64,000 nucleotides of DNA from Ignavibacteriota bacterium (GCA_963801355.1 CAWDEM010000004.1:1312001-1376000); one strand, 5' to 3'; numbered from the stretch's first letter, positions 1 to 10,005 are shown. Program-made: numbers and translations. The notes: generated by a model from the letters alone, not told the origin.

Positions 1-2
1 TC

Positions 3-1007
3 CTGCTTGATGCCGAACTGCTGGCTTCAATCCGGCGTCTGCAGGATGGTGTGAAGGCGGACCAATCTGAGCACGCGGTCATGGCCGCCCTTGTGGAGGA
101 GGTCGGCCGTCTCGTCAATCCTGAGGTACTGACGGTGACCATGTACAACGATGACGTGCGTGGCTGGACGGTGCAGAAGGTCATCAATCCATCCGGGCAC
201 CCCGCGGTGCTGCCGTCGCAGCTCGTAGACGTTGCGCACAGTGTCGTCGGTGAAGTGATTACGAGCAACAGGGTGGAGGTCATACCGGACCTCGCCGGTG
301 AGGAGCGACCACGCTACCATGTGGGGGAGAGTCTCCCCAGGGAAGGGGCATTCATCTGCGTGCCAATCAGCTCCTACAATCGCTGTTACGGTGCGGTTGC
401 AGTCGAAGGCAGGAAACACGCGGGCTTCACGGGACAGGAGGTGGAAATGCTCTACCGCCTGGTGGAGAATGCCGCCGCCGTACTTGAAGTCGGGTTCATG
501 AACGACGTCGTCAAAGAGTATCTATCGATCGACCACTTGACGGGACTGATGACGAAGAAGTTCTTCTTGCGCCGTGTTGAGGAGGAAGTGCTGCGGGCCG
601 AGGATATGAACGGTGAACTTGCGTATGTGACCCTGACCGTGGACGGTATCGACGACCATGTGCGGCGTTACGGACGCGAGGTTACCGATGTCATCTTCCG
701 CGAAGTGACGTCGCTGGTCAAGGCACAGCTGCGTGCATACGATACAGTCGGGTCCGTCGACCTGAACACGCTGGGTGTCATCCTTGCGAACATGACCGCA
801 AGCAACGCGTACCTCTGGGCTGAGAAAGCCCGAAAGAACATAGCGAGCCACGTCATCTCTTACGGGAGCAAGACGTTTTCCGTCACCGTCAGCATGGGTG
901 TGTGCGGATTGAGCGAAGGCATGAAATCACGCGAGTTGATGGCCAACGCGAGCCAGGTTCATGCCAAAGTGGCGGCGGTGGCGGGCAACGGCGTTCGAGT
1001 GTATTGA
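3..1007 (+). CDS. GAF + GGDEF-like domain protein, 5'-truncated by the window; GGDEF motif degenerate
   Basis: Frame is open from the window edge. GAF-like segment (FICVPI..YGAVAV), then 'IDHLTGL' and 'VTVSMGV' diguanylate-cyclase fold motifs; the active-site position reads 'SVDLN'. Confidence 0.75.
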   Translation: MLDAELLASIRRLQDGVKADQSEHAVMAALVEEVGRLVNPEVLTVTMYNDDVRGWTVQKVINPSGHPAVLPSQLVDVAHSVVGEVITSNRVEVIPDLAGEERPRYHVGESLPREGAFICVPISSYNRCYGAVAVEGRKHAGFTGQEVEMLYRLVENAAAVLEVGFMNDVVKEYLSIDHLTGLMTKKFFLRRVEEEVLRAEDMNGELAYVTLTVDGIDDHVRRYGREVTDVIFREVTSLVKAQLRAYDTVGSVDLNTLGVILANMTASNAYLWAEKARKNIASHVISYGSKTFSVTVSMGVCGLSEGMKSRELMANASQVHAKVAAVAGNGVRVY

Positions 1008-1040
1008 TCAACATTACAGTACGAAAGGAAGCACAGTTCC

Positions 1041-1238
1041 ATGGCAAAACAACAGAGCTTTGCGGACAAGGCAGCCAAAGCGGCAATGATCAAAGGGTCG
1101 AAATGCCATGTCTGCGGCGAGGTTTTTCAGCCTATTCTCATGGTAACGTCGGAAAAGTCCGCCCAAACCGGTTCGTGGAAGTTTAACGAGCGTCGCGTTC
1201 AAGTGTGCAAGTGCAACGAAAAGAAGGTGTACGCCTGA
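1041..1238 (+). CDS. small basic protein with CxxC...CxC (possible zinc ribbon)
   Basis: 65 aa, AAGGAAG RBS upstream, CHVC and CKC motifs, fills the gap between flanking genes. Confidence 0.7.
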   Translation: MAKQQSFADKAAKAAMIKGSKCHVCGEVFQPILMVTSEKSAQTGSWKFNERRVQVCKCNEKKVYA

Positions 1239-2434
1239 TCGGCGGTAAAGTCGTTCTGGTTGTACTGGACGGGGTGGGGATTGGTGCGCTCCCGGATGCC
1301 GGTCAATACGGTGACGAGGGGAGCAACACGCTGGCACACACCGCCGAGGCGGTCGGAGGTTTGCGGCTACCGGTTCTTGCGGGGCTCGGACTGGGCAACA
1401 TTTCTGCGATTCGTGGCGTCGACGCGGTGGAAAAACCCAAGTCGTTGTACGGCCGCATGGCGCAGAAATCCAGGGGCAAAGACAGTACCACGGGTCACTG
1501 GGAGCTGGCGGGGCTTATCCTCCAGCGCGAGTTCCCTACCTATCCGCATGGGTTTCCCGCGGATCTCATGAGGCGCTTCCTCTCCGTCACCGGTTGCAGG
1601 GGGTATCTGGGCAACACAACGGCTTCGGGTACGGCGATCATTCAGGAACTCGGAGCGGAGCATGTGCATACGGGGTATCCCATCGTGTACACTTCCGCAG
1701 ATTCCGTCTTTCAGATCGCCGCGCACGAAGAGGTCATACCGCTCGAACGGCTCTATCAGATATGCCGGCAGACGCGTGAGGAGGTCTGCACGGGGGAAGA
1801 TGCGGTGGGTCGCGTGATCGCGCGGCCGTTCGTGGAAACCGGCGGGGCATTTAGCCGTACGACAAACAGGAAGGATTTTTCGGTCGATCCGCCGGCAGAC
1901 ACTTTACTCGATCTCCTTGCATCCAACGGGATCGAGACCGTCGGTGTTGGCAAGGTCGATGATTTGTTCGCAAACCGCGGTCTCGTGCGGTCACGGCATA
2001 CGCGGACCAACGCCGAGGGAATGGATGAGCTCATCGTGCGGTCAGGGGAAATGCGGCGCGGACTGATTTTTGCCAACCTGGGGGATTTCGACACGCTGTA
2101 CGGACACCGGAATGACCCGCAGGGTTTTGCCGCCGCACTGCAGTCATTTGATGCCCGGCTTCCGGGCCTTCTTGAAACTGTCGGCACTGGAGATCTGTTG
2201 ATACTGACGGCGGACCACGGCAACGACCCCGTGGCCCGAAGCACCGATCATTCCCGGGAATATGTGCCGTTGCTCTGTGTCGTGGGAGGGCGGGAAGCGG
2301 GGGCAGCTCTTGGTACCCGGTCGACGTTCGCGGATGTGGCAGCCACCATCGCCGGCTATTTCGACCTCCGGAATTCGCTGGCGGGGACCAGTTTCCTGTC
2401 GCAGGTGTCTCAGGAAGCAGCAGTGGCGGAGTAA
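1205..2434 (+). CDS. deoB: phosphopentomutase (true start probably near 1235)
   Basis: VLDGVGIGALPDA, GKDSTTGHWE, YTSADSVFQIAAHE, DFDTLYGHRND, TADHGNDP, DHSREYVP motifs. Confidence 0.95.
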   Translation: MQVQRKEGVRLIGGKVVLVVLDGVGIGALPDAGQYGDEGSNTLAHTAEAVGGLRLPVLAGLGLGNISAIRGVDAVEKPKSLYGRMAQKSRGKDSTTGHWELAGLILQREFPTYPHGFPADLMRRFLSVTGCRGYLGNTTASGTAIIQELGAEHVHTGYPIVYTSADSVFQIAAHEEVIPLERLYQICRQTREEVCTGEDAVGRVIARPFVETGGAFSRTTNRKDFSVDPPADTLLDLLASNGIETVGVGKVDDLFANRGLVRSRHTRTNAEGMDELIVRSGEMRRGLIFANLGDFDTLYGHRNDPQGFAAALQSFDARLPGLLETVGTGDLLILTADHGNDPVARSTDHSREYVPLLCVVGGREAGAALGTRSTFADVAATIAGYFDLRNSLAGTSFLSQVSQEAAVAE

Positions 2435-2475
2435 TGCGGGCGCAAGACGTTGAAGCAACCTGACACGAGGAATGC

Positions 2476-3333
2476 ATGGTGAAAATTACGAAGCAGTATA
2501 CGAATCGAGAGAGCCAGTCCCTCGACAAGTATCTGCAGGAAATCGGCAAGGTTGAGTTACTCAAGTCCGATGAAGAAATTGAGCTGGCGCGACGCATCAA
2601 GAAGGGGGATCAGGGCGCACTGGAGAAACTCACCAAAGCCAATCTCCGGTTCGTGGTGAGTGTCGCGAAGCAGTATCAGAATCAGGGACTCTCGCTCGGC
2701 GATCTCATCAACGAAGGAAATCTCGGTCTGATCAAGGCCGCGAAGCGGTTCGACGAGACCCGGGGATTCAAGTTCATCTCCTATGCGGTGTGGTGGATCC
2801 GGCAGTCCATTCTCCAGGCCCTTGCGGAACAGTCGCGCATCGTCCGTCTGCCGCTCAACCGGGTCGGTGCACTGAATAAGATCGGCAAGGCGTTCAGTTC
2901 TCTCGAGCAGGAATTCGAGCGGGAGCCGAGTGCGAGCGAACTTGCCGAAGAGCTGGATATGTCGCTCTTCGAAGTGTCCGACACCCTGAAGATATCCGGG
3001 CGGCATTTGTCGATGGATGCGCCCTTCGCGCAGGGTGAAGACAACCGGTTGCTGGATGTGATTCAGGACGAGCGTCAGCCGGCGCCGGACAGCGAACTCA
3101 TGAAAGAATCGCTCAGCCGCGAGGTGGAGCGCGCGCTTTCCACGCTCAGCGAGCGGGAGGCTGAAGTGATCCGTCTGTACTTCGGACTTGGCAGGGAGCA
3201 CTCGCTGACGCTGGAGGAGATCGGGGAGAAATTCAAGCTGACCAGGGAGCGTGTGCGGCAAATTAAGGAAAAGGCCATCCGCCGCCTGCGCCATGCTTCC
3301 CGCAGCAAGCAATTGCGTGCCTACCTGGGTTGA
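2476..3333 (+). CDS. rpoD: primary RNA polymerase sigma-70 factor, short FCB type
   Basis: [48 protein letters not shown]; GAGGA RBS. Confidence 0.93.
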   Translation: MVKITKQYTNRESQSLDKYLQEIGKVELLKSDEEIELARRIKKGDQGALEKLTKANLRFVVSVAKQYQNQGLSLGDLINEGNLGLIKAAKRFDETRGFKFISYAVWWIRQSILQALAEQSRIVRLPLNRVGALNKIGKAFSSLEQEFEREPSASELAEELDMSLFEVSDTLKISGRHLSMDAPFAQGEDNRLLDVIQDERQPAPDSELMKESLSREVERALSTLSEREAEVIRLYFGLGREHSLTLEEIGEKFKLTRERVRQIKEKAIRRLRHASRSKQLRAYLG

Positions 3334-4031
3334 TGCAGGTGCCCATGCCTGGCCCATGGAGTGCGGGACGGCTGCTGTCCGGAGGGGTGCTGGTGCTCTT
3401 GTGCGCCATCGCCCCGGAGTTTCTTGCAGGCTGTGCGGCTTCCAGTCCGCGCTTCAATTCCGATCCGGCGTCCGGCGAACGCGTTGAGGACGAAAATGAG
3501 ATGCGCTTTGCGACACGGATCCGCGAGGAAGAGGAACGCGAAGACGACCGGAAGATCGACGTCGACCGGGTGCGGAAGCAGCTCACATCCAACACCGCAC
3601 CCGTCACCCGGTACTCCAACCGCACGCCCGCGGGGTTGGACCGCGACCGGCTGCTGATCGAGCTCGTGTCTTACCTGGGCGCTCCGTATGAGTATGGCGG
3701 GAACGCCAGGGACGGTATTGATTGTTCTGGTCTTACGATGAAGGTCTATGAAAGCGGGGCGGCACGCAGACTTCCACGATCCGCAAGGGAGCAGTTCACC
3801 GTCGGCTCACCCGTGGCCAAGAAAGACCTGGAATTCGGCGATCTGGTGTTTTTCAATACCACCGGGCGCCGCCCCTCGCACGTAGGCATTTATATCGAGG
3901 ACGACCTGTTCGCCCATGCGAGCGTGAGCAAGGGCGTGACGTTATCGTCTCTGGAGAGCACGTACTACAGGAAGCGGTTTATTGGGGCACGGCGCGTCGT
4001 CCAACGCCCGACCGCCTCGTCGCCCCGGTAA
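3333..4031 (+). CDS. NlpC/P60 (C40) cell-wall peptidase, lipoprotein
   Basis: LAGC lipobox; PYEYGG..GIDCSG, GDLVFF, HVGIY motifs. Confidence 0.9.
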   Translation: MQVPMPGPWSAGRLLSGGVLVLLCAIAPEFLAGCAASSPRFNSDPASGERVEDENEMRFATRIREEEEREDDRKIDVDRVRKQLTSNTAPVTRYSNRTPAGLDRDRLLIELVSYLGAPYEYGGNARDGIDCSGLTMKVYESGAARRLPRSAREQFTVGSPVAKKDLEFGDLVFFNTTGRRPSHVGIYIEDDLFAHASVSKGVTLSSLESTYYRKRFIGARRVVQRPTASSPR

Positions 4032-4051
4032 TCGGTTCGACCTGACAATGT

Positions 4052-4624
4052 GTGGAGCATATCGTGGCACAGTTGCCTATTTATACGTTTAATCATCCCG
4101 TCCTCAGGAAGAAGGCACGGCCTGTTAAACGGCCTTCGTCGGATCTTGCGCAGGCAGCGGACGACATGCTGGAGACGATGCGCAAGGCAAATGGCGTCGG
4201 GCTTGCAGCTAATCAAGTAGGTTTGCTGCAGCGCCTTATCGTGGTCGATATGACCGGCAGCGAGGGCGTGGAGAAGTTCGAGCCTCTGAAGATGTACAAT
4301 CCTGAAGTGGTGGAAGAAGAAGGAAAGTGGTTGATGGAGGAGGGGTGCCTCAGCCTTCCCGCACTTCGTGATGAAGTGCAGCGCGCTGAGCGCATCCGGG
4401 TGAAATTTCGTGACCGGAATTTTGACGAACGGGAAATCGAAGCCGCGGGGCTTCTCAGCCGCGTGATCCTCCATGAAGTAGACCATCTGAACGGGGTACT
4501 CTTTGTCGATCGCCTGAATCTCCTCAAGCGCAAACTCCACCGGGGGCGTCTCAACAAAATCGACCGCGGCGAGCTCGAAGTCGAATATACCGTCGTGCCA
4601 AACCAACCCAAAGTGATCGGATAG
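4052..4624 (+). CDS. def: peptide deformylase
   Basis: GVGLAANQ, EGCLS, HEVDHLNG motifs. Confidence 0.97.
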   Translation: MEHIVAQLPIYTFNHPVLRKKARPVKRPSSDLAQAADDMLETMRKANGVGLAANQVGLLQRLIVVDMTGSEGVEKFEPLKMYNPEVVEEEGKWLMEEGCLSLPALRDEVQRAERIRVKFRDRNFDEREIEAAGLLSRVILHEVDHLNGVLFVDRLNLLKRKLHRGRLNKIDRGELEVEYTVVPNQPKVIG

Positions 4625-4627
4625 ACG

Positions 4628-5554
4628 TTGTTCAGGCTTGTGTTCATGGGGACACCGGACTTTGCAGTCCCGAGTCTGGAGGCTTTGCTTGCGGCTGGAT
4701 ACCCAATTGCCGCCGTCGTGACGGGCGTTGACAAACCGAGGGGGAGGGGACAGCACCTTTCCCCGACGCCTGTGAAGGAAGTCGCCCTCCGCCATGCAAT
4801 TCCGCTGCTCCAACCCGCAAGCGTCAAAGACCCCGGTTTCGCGGCATCATTGCGCGCGCTTGCCCCGGACCTTGCAGTCGTCGTCGCGTACCGTATCCTT
4901 CCACGGGACGTGTTCAGCACTCCCCTCCACGGGACGTTCAATCTCCATGCGTCTTTGCTCCCGCGCTACCGCGGCGCAGCACCTATCAACTGGGCAATCA
5001 TGAACGGGGAGCGGGAAACAGGTGTCTCGACGTTCTTTCTCACGGATGCGGTGGACACGGGAGAATTGCTGCTCACGACAACGCTCCCGGTCGGACCGGA
5101 TGACGATGCCGGCCTCGTTCACGACCGGCTTGCGTCGCTCGGAGCCCGGTTGGTGGTTGAGACTGTGCGGGGAGTTGAGGCGGGAACGATCATCCCGCGG
5201 CCGCAGGATGCCGCACTCGCATCTCCGGCTCCGAAGATCTTCCGGGAGCAGTGCCGCATAACCTGGAATGCACCCGCAGAGCGGATCCACAATTTCATCC
5301 GCGGACTCTCCCCCCAACCGGCGGCCTGGACCATGCACCGGGGACGGCTGCTGAAACTCTACAGGACACGTGTGATGTCAGGTAAGCCCGACGACCCGCC
5401 GGGGACCGTGCGCGTGAGCGGAGAAATGATTTATGCCGCCTCAGGCGATGGAAATCTGGAGATTCTGGAACTGCAGCAGGAAGGACACCGCAGGATGCCG
5501 GCAACCGACTTTCTCCGGGGATATACCGTGGCCAGCGGGGACCTTTTCGAGTAG
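4628..5554 (+). CDS. fmt: methionyl-tRNA formyltransferase
   Basis: FMGTPDFA, NLHASLLPRYRGAAPI; follows def. Confidence 0.96.
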   Translation: MFRLVFMGTPDFAVPSLEALLAAGYPIAAVVTGVDKPRGRGQHLSPTPVKEVALRHAIPLLQPASVKDPGFAASLRALAPDLAVVVAYRILPRDVFSTPLHGTFNLHASLLPRYRGAAPINWAIMNGERETGVSTFFLTDAVDTGELLLTTTLPVGPDDDAGLVHDRLASLGARLVVETVRGVEAGTIIPRPQDAALASPAPKIFREQCRITWNAPAERIHNFIRGLSPQPAAWTMHRGRLLKLYRTRVMSGKPDDPPGTVRVSGEMIYAASGDGNLEILELQQEGHRRMPATDFLRGYTVASGDLFE

Positions 5555-5576
5555 CCCCCGTTGCCTTAGTCACCCC

Positions 5577-5659
5577 GCTGTCTTTCCACATTGTCTTTCA
5601 CACTGTTTTCCACCCTGACTTCACCCTGACTTCGGCCTGACTTCACCCTGACTTCGGCC
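5577..5659. repeat. tandem 11-13 bp repeat array upstream of parA
   Basis: Four near-exact CTGACTTC(ACC/GGC) units at about 5615-5658, preceded by three degenerate TGT(C)TTT(C)CAC units. Confidence 0.8.
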
Positions 5660-5731
5660 CGCCGTTCTTTGTTTTCCCATCGGAAAGCATTATCTTTATT
5701 TACTCTTCATGTTTCACGGGGTTCCACGCCT

Positions 5732-6535
5732 TTGGGCAAAATCATTACGATTGCAAATCAGAAGGGGGGGGTGGGGAAAACCACCACGGCGGTCAACCTT
5801 GCCGCATGTATCGCTGCGGCGGAGCGAACGACGCTCCTGGTGGATACAGACCCTCAGGCTAATGCAACCAGTGGCCTGGGCCTGCCTTCGTCGACGGAAG
5901 GCCTCAGCACATACGAGTTGCTGGTCGGCGGACGCACGGCAGAAGAGATTGTGCAGCCGACGCAGATGCCGCATCTTTCCGTCCTTCCCGCACACATCAA
6001 CCTGGTCGGGGCGGAGGTGGAACTGGTGGATATTGAACATCGCGAACGGCGGCTGCAGATGGGCCTGCAATCCATCAGGGACCGTTTCGAGTTCATCTTC
6101 GTGGATTGCCCGCCGTCCCTCGGTCTCCTGACATTGAATGCCCTCACTGCTGCCGATTCGGTTCTCATCCCCGTCCAGTGCGAATACTATGCCCTGGAAG
6201 GACTGGGTCAGTTGCTGAACACCATCAACATGGTGAAGAAGCACCTGAACCCGCGGCTGGATATCGAAGGCGTCCTGATGACAATGTATGACAGCCGCCT
6301 GCGTCTCTCAAATCAGATTGTTGAAGAAGTCCGGAAGTATTTCGGCGAGAGAGTGTTCAAGACTGTTGTCTCGCGCAATGTGCGGCTGAGTGAGGCGCCG
6401 AGTTTCGGAAAACCCATCATTCTGTATGATGCGGTCTCTTCCGGGACGCGGCACTATATGGATCTTGCCGGAGAATTCCTCTCACGCAATAACCACTCCC
6501 TTGCGCCGGGAGCGGGCGCCGGCCGGATGGGATAA
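5732..6535 (+). CDS. parA: chromosome partitioning ATPase ParA/Soj
   Basis: NQKGGVGKTTT, DTDPQANAT, DCPPSLG, PVQCEYYALEG; TTG start at 5732 matches the usual N-terminus. Confidence 0.96.
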   Translation: MGKIITIANQKGGVGKTTTAVNLAACIAAAERTTLLVDTDPQANATSGLGLPSSTEGLSTYELLVGGRTAEEIVQPTQMPHLSVLPAHINLVGAEVELVDIEHRERRLQMGLQSIRDRFEFIFVDCPPSLGLLTLNALTAADSVLIPVQCEYYALEGLGQLLNTINMVKKHLNPRLDIEGVLMTMYDSRLRLSNQIVEEVRKYFGERVFKTVVSRNVRLSEAPSFGKPIILYDAVSSGTRHYMDLAGEFLSRNNHSLAPGAGAGRMG

Positions 6536-6547
6536 GGACTCTTGAGC

Positions 6548-7453
6548 ATGTCGAAGAACAAGCTTGCCCTGGGCCGTGGTCTTGCCTCGTTGATTCGAAG
6601 CCCCGAGGCGGAGTCCCCGGAACCCGGAGAACGGTCGACGGACGATGGCTTCACTGATCAGACGATCATCCACATCGCGCTCGACAGGATCCAGCACAAT
6701 CCCTACCAGCCCCGTGCGGACTTTGATCCTGCTGCGCTTGATGAGCTGAAGCGCTCGATCCAGGAGAAAGGCATCATCCAGCCCATAACGGTCCGCAGGA
6801 TCGAAGGCGGCTATCAGCTCATTTCCGGCGAGCGGCGTGTCCGTGCTTCCCGGAGCGCGGGCCTGCGCAGGATCCCTGCGTATGTGATCCGCGTCAACTC
6901 CGACGAAGAGATGCTTGAGCTGGCACTCGTGGAGAACCTCCAGCGCGAGCATCTCAACCCCATCGAAATTGCGATCTCCTACCGGCGTCTCATCGACGAA
7001 TGCAGCTTCACGCAGGAGGAAGTCTCCCAGCGTATCGGCAAGGACCGTTCGACCGTCACGAATACACTTCGCCTTCTCAAACTGCCCGAACCCGTTCAGA
7101 ACGCCGTGCGCACCGGTGAGCTGACGGGTGGTCATGCACGCGCCATCGCGGGTCTGGAGGATGCCGCTTCGCAGCTCGCGTTCTTCAAGAAGGTTGTCGC
7201 CAGAGGTCTCTCCGTGCGTGAACTCGAGCGGCTGATCCGTGAGCGCGGAACAAAGACCGCGAAAAGGAAGGGCAAGTCCGTTAGCGGATCATCCGGAACC
7301 ATCTCCGCGGTCGAAGACCGGCTCCGCAGGCTTCTGTCGACGCGCGTGCATGTGCGACAGCAGCAGGGGGGCAGGGGTGAAATTGTGCTGGAATTCTACT
7401 CGGCTGAAGATCTGGAACGCCTTCTGGAATTATTTGAGAAGGTCCAGGAGTAA
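6548..7453 (+). CDS. parB: chromosome partitioning protein ParB
   Basis: ALGRGL, NPYQPR, GERRVRA, ENLQRE, HTH 'QEEVSQRIGKDRSTVTN'. Confidence 0.96.
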   Translation: MSKNKLALGRGLASLIRSPEAESPEPGERSTDDGFTDQTIIHIALDRIQHNPYQPRADFDPAALDELKRSIQEKGIIQPITVRRIEGGYQLISGERRVRASRSAGLRRIPAYVIRVNSDEEMLELALVENLQREHLNPIEIAISYRRLIDECSFTQEEVSQRIGKDRSTVTNTLRLLKLPEPVQNAVRTGELTGGHARAIAGLEDAASQLAFFKKVVARGLSVRELERLIRERGTKTAKRKGKSVSGSSGTISAVEDRLRRLLSTRVHVRQQQGGRGEIVLEFYSAEDLERLLELFEKVQE

Positions 7454-7483
7454 CACATTGTGAACACAGACAAGCGGGAGAAT

Positions 7484-7873
7484 ATGGGACACGCGATCAT
7501 TACCACAAAGAATGCGCCCGGCGCCATCGGTCCGTACAATCAGGGAGTCAAGGCATCGGGCGGTTTTGTTTTCACGGCCGGTCAGATCGGCCTCGTGCCT
7601 GCGACGGGAGAGATTATCGGTGCGGACATTGAATCGCAGACCAGACAGGTACTGGAGAATCTCAGAGCCATTCTGGAGGCGGCCGGATCGGGTCTGCCGC
7701 ACGTCGTCAAAACCACAGTATACCTCACAGATATGGGCGATTTTGCGGCGATGAATGCCGTGTACGCCACCTGCTTCACGAATGCCGCCCCGGCCAGAAC
7801 AACGGTCGAGGTCTCACGGCTCCCGCGTGATGCCCGCGTGGAGATCGATGCCATAGCGGCCGTTACAGGATAG
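7484..7873 (+). CDS. RidA/YjgF enamine deaminase
   Basis: [32 protein letters not shown]; GGGAG RBS. Confidence 0.92.
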   Translation: MGHAIITTKNAPGAIGPYNQGVKASGGFVFTAGQIGLVPATGEIIGADIESQTRQVLENLRAILEAAGSGLPHVVKTTVYLTDMGDFAAMNAVYATCFTNAAPARTTVEVSRLPRDARVEIDAIAAVTG

Positions 7874-7879
7874 GTCTCC

Positions 7880-8428
7880 GTGGTCCGGTGCCTCTTGACG
7901 TTGTCGCTGGCGATCGTCATCGCCCGGGGAGCCTCAATGGGGCAAACCGTCCTGTCCGACACCACCGCGGTGAGAGACTCTTCCGTGGCCGGGTTGCGGA
8001 CCGTGCCGGGGGATTCCCTGCACAGTGCGGCGGTACCGGGGAAGTCCACCGGACTGGCGATGTTGTATTCGGCCCTGCTTCCGGGGGCCGGGCAGGTGTA
8101 CAACGAGTCATACTGGAAGGCACCGCTGGTACTGGGCATAGGTGTGTATTTTGCCGCCCAATTCATACGGTACAACGGGAATGCAGATGACTACCGGCAA
8201 CTCTATCTCGCATCGTTGCCGGGCGGCGGCAATAGAACCTACCAGAAATTGCGTGATGATTACAAGAGCCTGCGCGATGCAAATGCCTGGTACTTTCTGA
8301 TACTCTATGTGCTGAACATCGTCGATGCATACGTGGATGCCAGCCTCTACGGTTTCGACGTGAGTCCGACGCTGTCCATCCGTGGCCCCCAGCGCGGTGC
8401 CGGACTTGCGCTTCGCCTTGCATGGTAG
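7880..8428 (+). CDS. DUF5683-like membrane protein
   Basis: SALLPGAGQVYN..YWK and NIVDAYVDA motifs. Confidence 0.75.
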   Translation: MVRCLLTLSLAIVIARGASMGQTVLSDTTAVRDSSVAGLRTVPGDSLHSAAVPGKSTGLAMLYSALLPGAGQVYNESYWKAPLVLGIGVYFAAQFIRYNGNADDYRQLYLASLPGGGNRTYQKLRDDYKSLRDANAWYFLILYVLNIVDAYVDASLYGFDVSPTLSIRGPQRGAGLALRLAW

Positions 8429-8465
8429 CCCTGGTACGTCATATTTCCCCACAGCCGGAGTAGCA

Positions 8466-9440
8466 ATGCTGAACTATATTTGGATCGGCCTCATACTGGT
8501 CGGTCTCTTCGTCGCCGTCGGCAACGACATTGCCGATGAATTTCAGAATCCCTATCGCAACGGACAACCCTTCACGGGCACGGTTCTGGTGACGAAAGCG
8601 CCCTCGGGAGTGCGTCAGGCGTGGGAAGGGGAACTTGTGGTGGCGCCGGACTACTTCAACAGTTTCTACGGCGCCCAGCGCACGCAGGAGGCAACCCGGC
8701 AACCCGTCACCGTTTCCATCGGCGCCGACGGTGCCACTTCGCTGACAATGCACATTTCCGACAAATCTCCCTCGTGGTGGCGGCAGATGGCGAAATCCGC
8801 GGGCAGCAAAGACCGCTTGCTCGGCGCAGTGTCGGAGTTCACCGTTTCGGAAGACCGATCTTCCGCCCGCCTGCAAGTCATCATTGAATCTGTACGATTT
8901 GTCAAATTGAGAAGTGTGACTCAGGCGTCGCTGGACTACGCTGCGATTGCCGTCAACATTGCTCTCGGCCTGATCGGCATTATGGCACTCTGGCTCGGCG
9001 TGATGAAAGTAGCCGAGGAAGCCGGGCTCCTGCTGGTGCTGACGCGCATGCTGACGCCCGTGACGAAACGGCTGTTTCCGGATATCCCGCCCGATCATCC
9101 CGCTGTGGGTGCCATGATCATGAATATCGCTGCGAACATGCTCGGCCTCAGCAATGCAGCTACCCCTCTCGGTCTGAAGGCGATGGAAGAGCTGAACAAG
9201 CTCAACCCGAAGGTCGGGACTGCAACGAATGCGATGGTCACCTTCCTGGCCATAAACACCGGAGGCTTGATCCTGCTGCCTGCGACGGCCATTGCCGTAC
9301 GTGCAGCGGCTGGATCGTCCAATCCCGGCATCATTATCGGAACATCCATTGTCGGCGCTGGGTGCGCCACGATTGCGGGTGTGGTCGCGTCGAAAGTGCT
9401 GCAGCGACTCCCGAAGTACAAGAAAGCGATGGAGGTGTAG
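8466..9440 (+). CDS. spmA: SpmA-like nucleoside-recognition (Gate) membrane protein with extracytoplasmic insertion
   Basis: MLNYIW start, LWLGVMKVAE, NMLGLSNAATPLGLKAM. Confidence 0.85.
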   Translation: MLNYIWIGLILVGLFVAVGNDIADEFQNPYRNGQPFTGTVLVTKAPSGVRQAWEGELVVAPDYFNSFYGAQRTQEATRQPVTVSIGADGATSLTMHISDKSPSWWRQMAKSAGSKDRLLGAVSEFTVSEDRSSARLQVIIESVRFVKLRSVTQASLDYAAIAVNIALGLIGIMALWLGVMKVAEEAGLLLVLTRMLTPVTKRLFPDIPPDHPAVGAMIMNIAANMLGLSNAATPLGLKAMEELNKLNPKVGTATNAMVTFLAINTGGLILLPATAIAVRAAAGSSNPGIIIGTSIVGAGCATIAGVVASKVLQRLPKYKKAMEV

Positions 9441-9441
9441 C

Positions 9442-9987
9442 ATGGGCGATTTCATGAAAAACCTGATTGAGGTCATCTCCCTCGTCGCCATTCCCTTCAT
9501 GTTTCTTGTGTTCCTTGGCTGGGGATTGGTAAAGAAGGTGAAGGTGTACGAAGTGTTCGTCGAAGGCGCCAAGGACGGCTTCAACGTGGCAATCCGGATC
9601 ATCCCGTATCTCGTGGCGATGCTCGCAGCGATCGGCATCTTCCGCGCAAGCGGTGCGATGGAGCTGCTGACCACCGTTCTGGCACCAGTGACGGCATTGG
9701 TCGGCATGCCCCCCGAGACGCTGCCCATGGCACTCATGAGACCCCTGTCAGGGAGCGGGTCGCTGGGAATCATGACGGAACTGATGAACGTGCACGGCCC
9801 GGACTCGCTCATCGGCATCATGGCATCGACAATGTACGGAAGCTCCGAAACGACGTTCTATGTACTGGCGGTCTATTTTGGCACCGTTTCGATCAAGAAT
9901 ACACGCCACGCCGTGCCCACCGGCCTCATCGCGGATCTCGCGGGAATGCTGGCCGCCGTGTGGATAGTGAACCTCATGTTCCGTTGA
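9442..9987 (+). CDS. spmB: SpmB-like membrane protein
   Basis: VYEVFVEGAKDG, LMRPLSGSG, GSSETTFYVLAVYFG. Confidence 0.9.
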   Translation: MGDFMKNLIEVISLVAIPFMFLVFLGWGLVKKVKVYEVFVEGAKDGFNVAIRIIPYLVAMLAAIGIFRASGAMELLTTVLAPVTALVGMPPETLPMALMRPLSGSGSLGIMTELMNVHGPDSLIGIMASTMYGSSETTFYVLAVYFGTVSIKNTRHAVPTGLIADLAGMLAAVWIVNLMFR

Positions 9988-10005
9988 GCGGAACCGGTCG
10001 ATTTC

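Noticed and set aside
5577-5659. CRISPR array (also considered for 39279-39337)
   Set aside because: The units are short and tandem with no unique spacers, and there are no cas genes.
5710-5725. parS-like TGTTTCACGGGGTTCC before parA
   Set aside because: Only the left half matches; four mismatches to the 16-bp palindrome.
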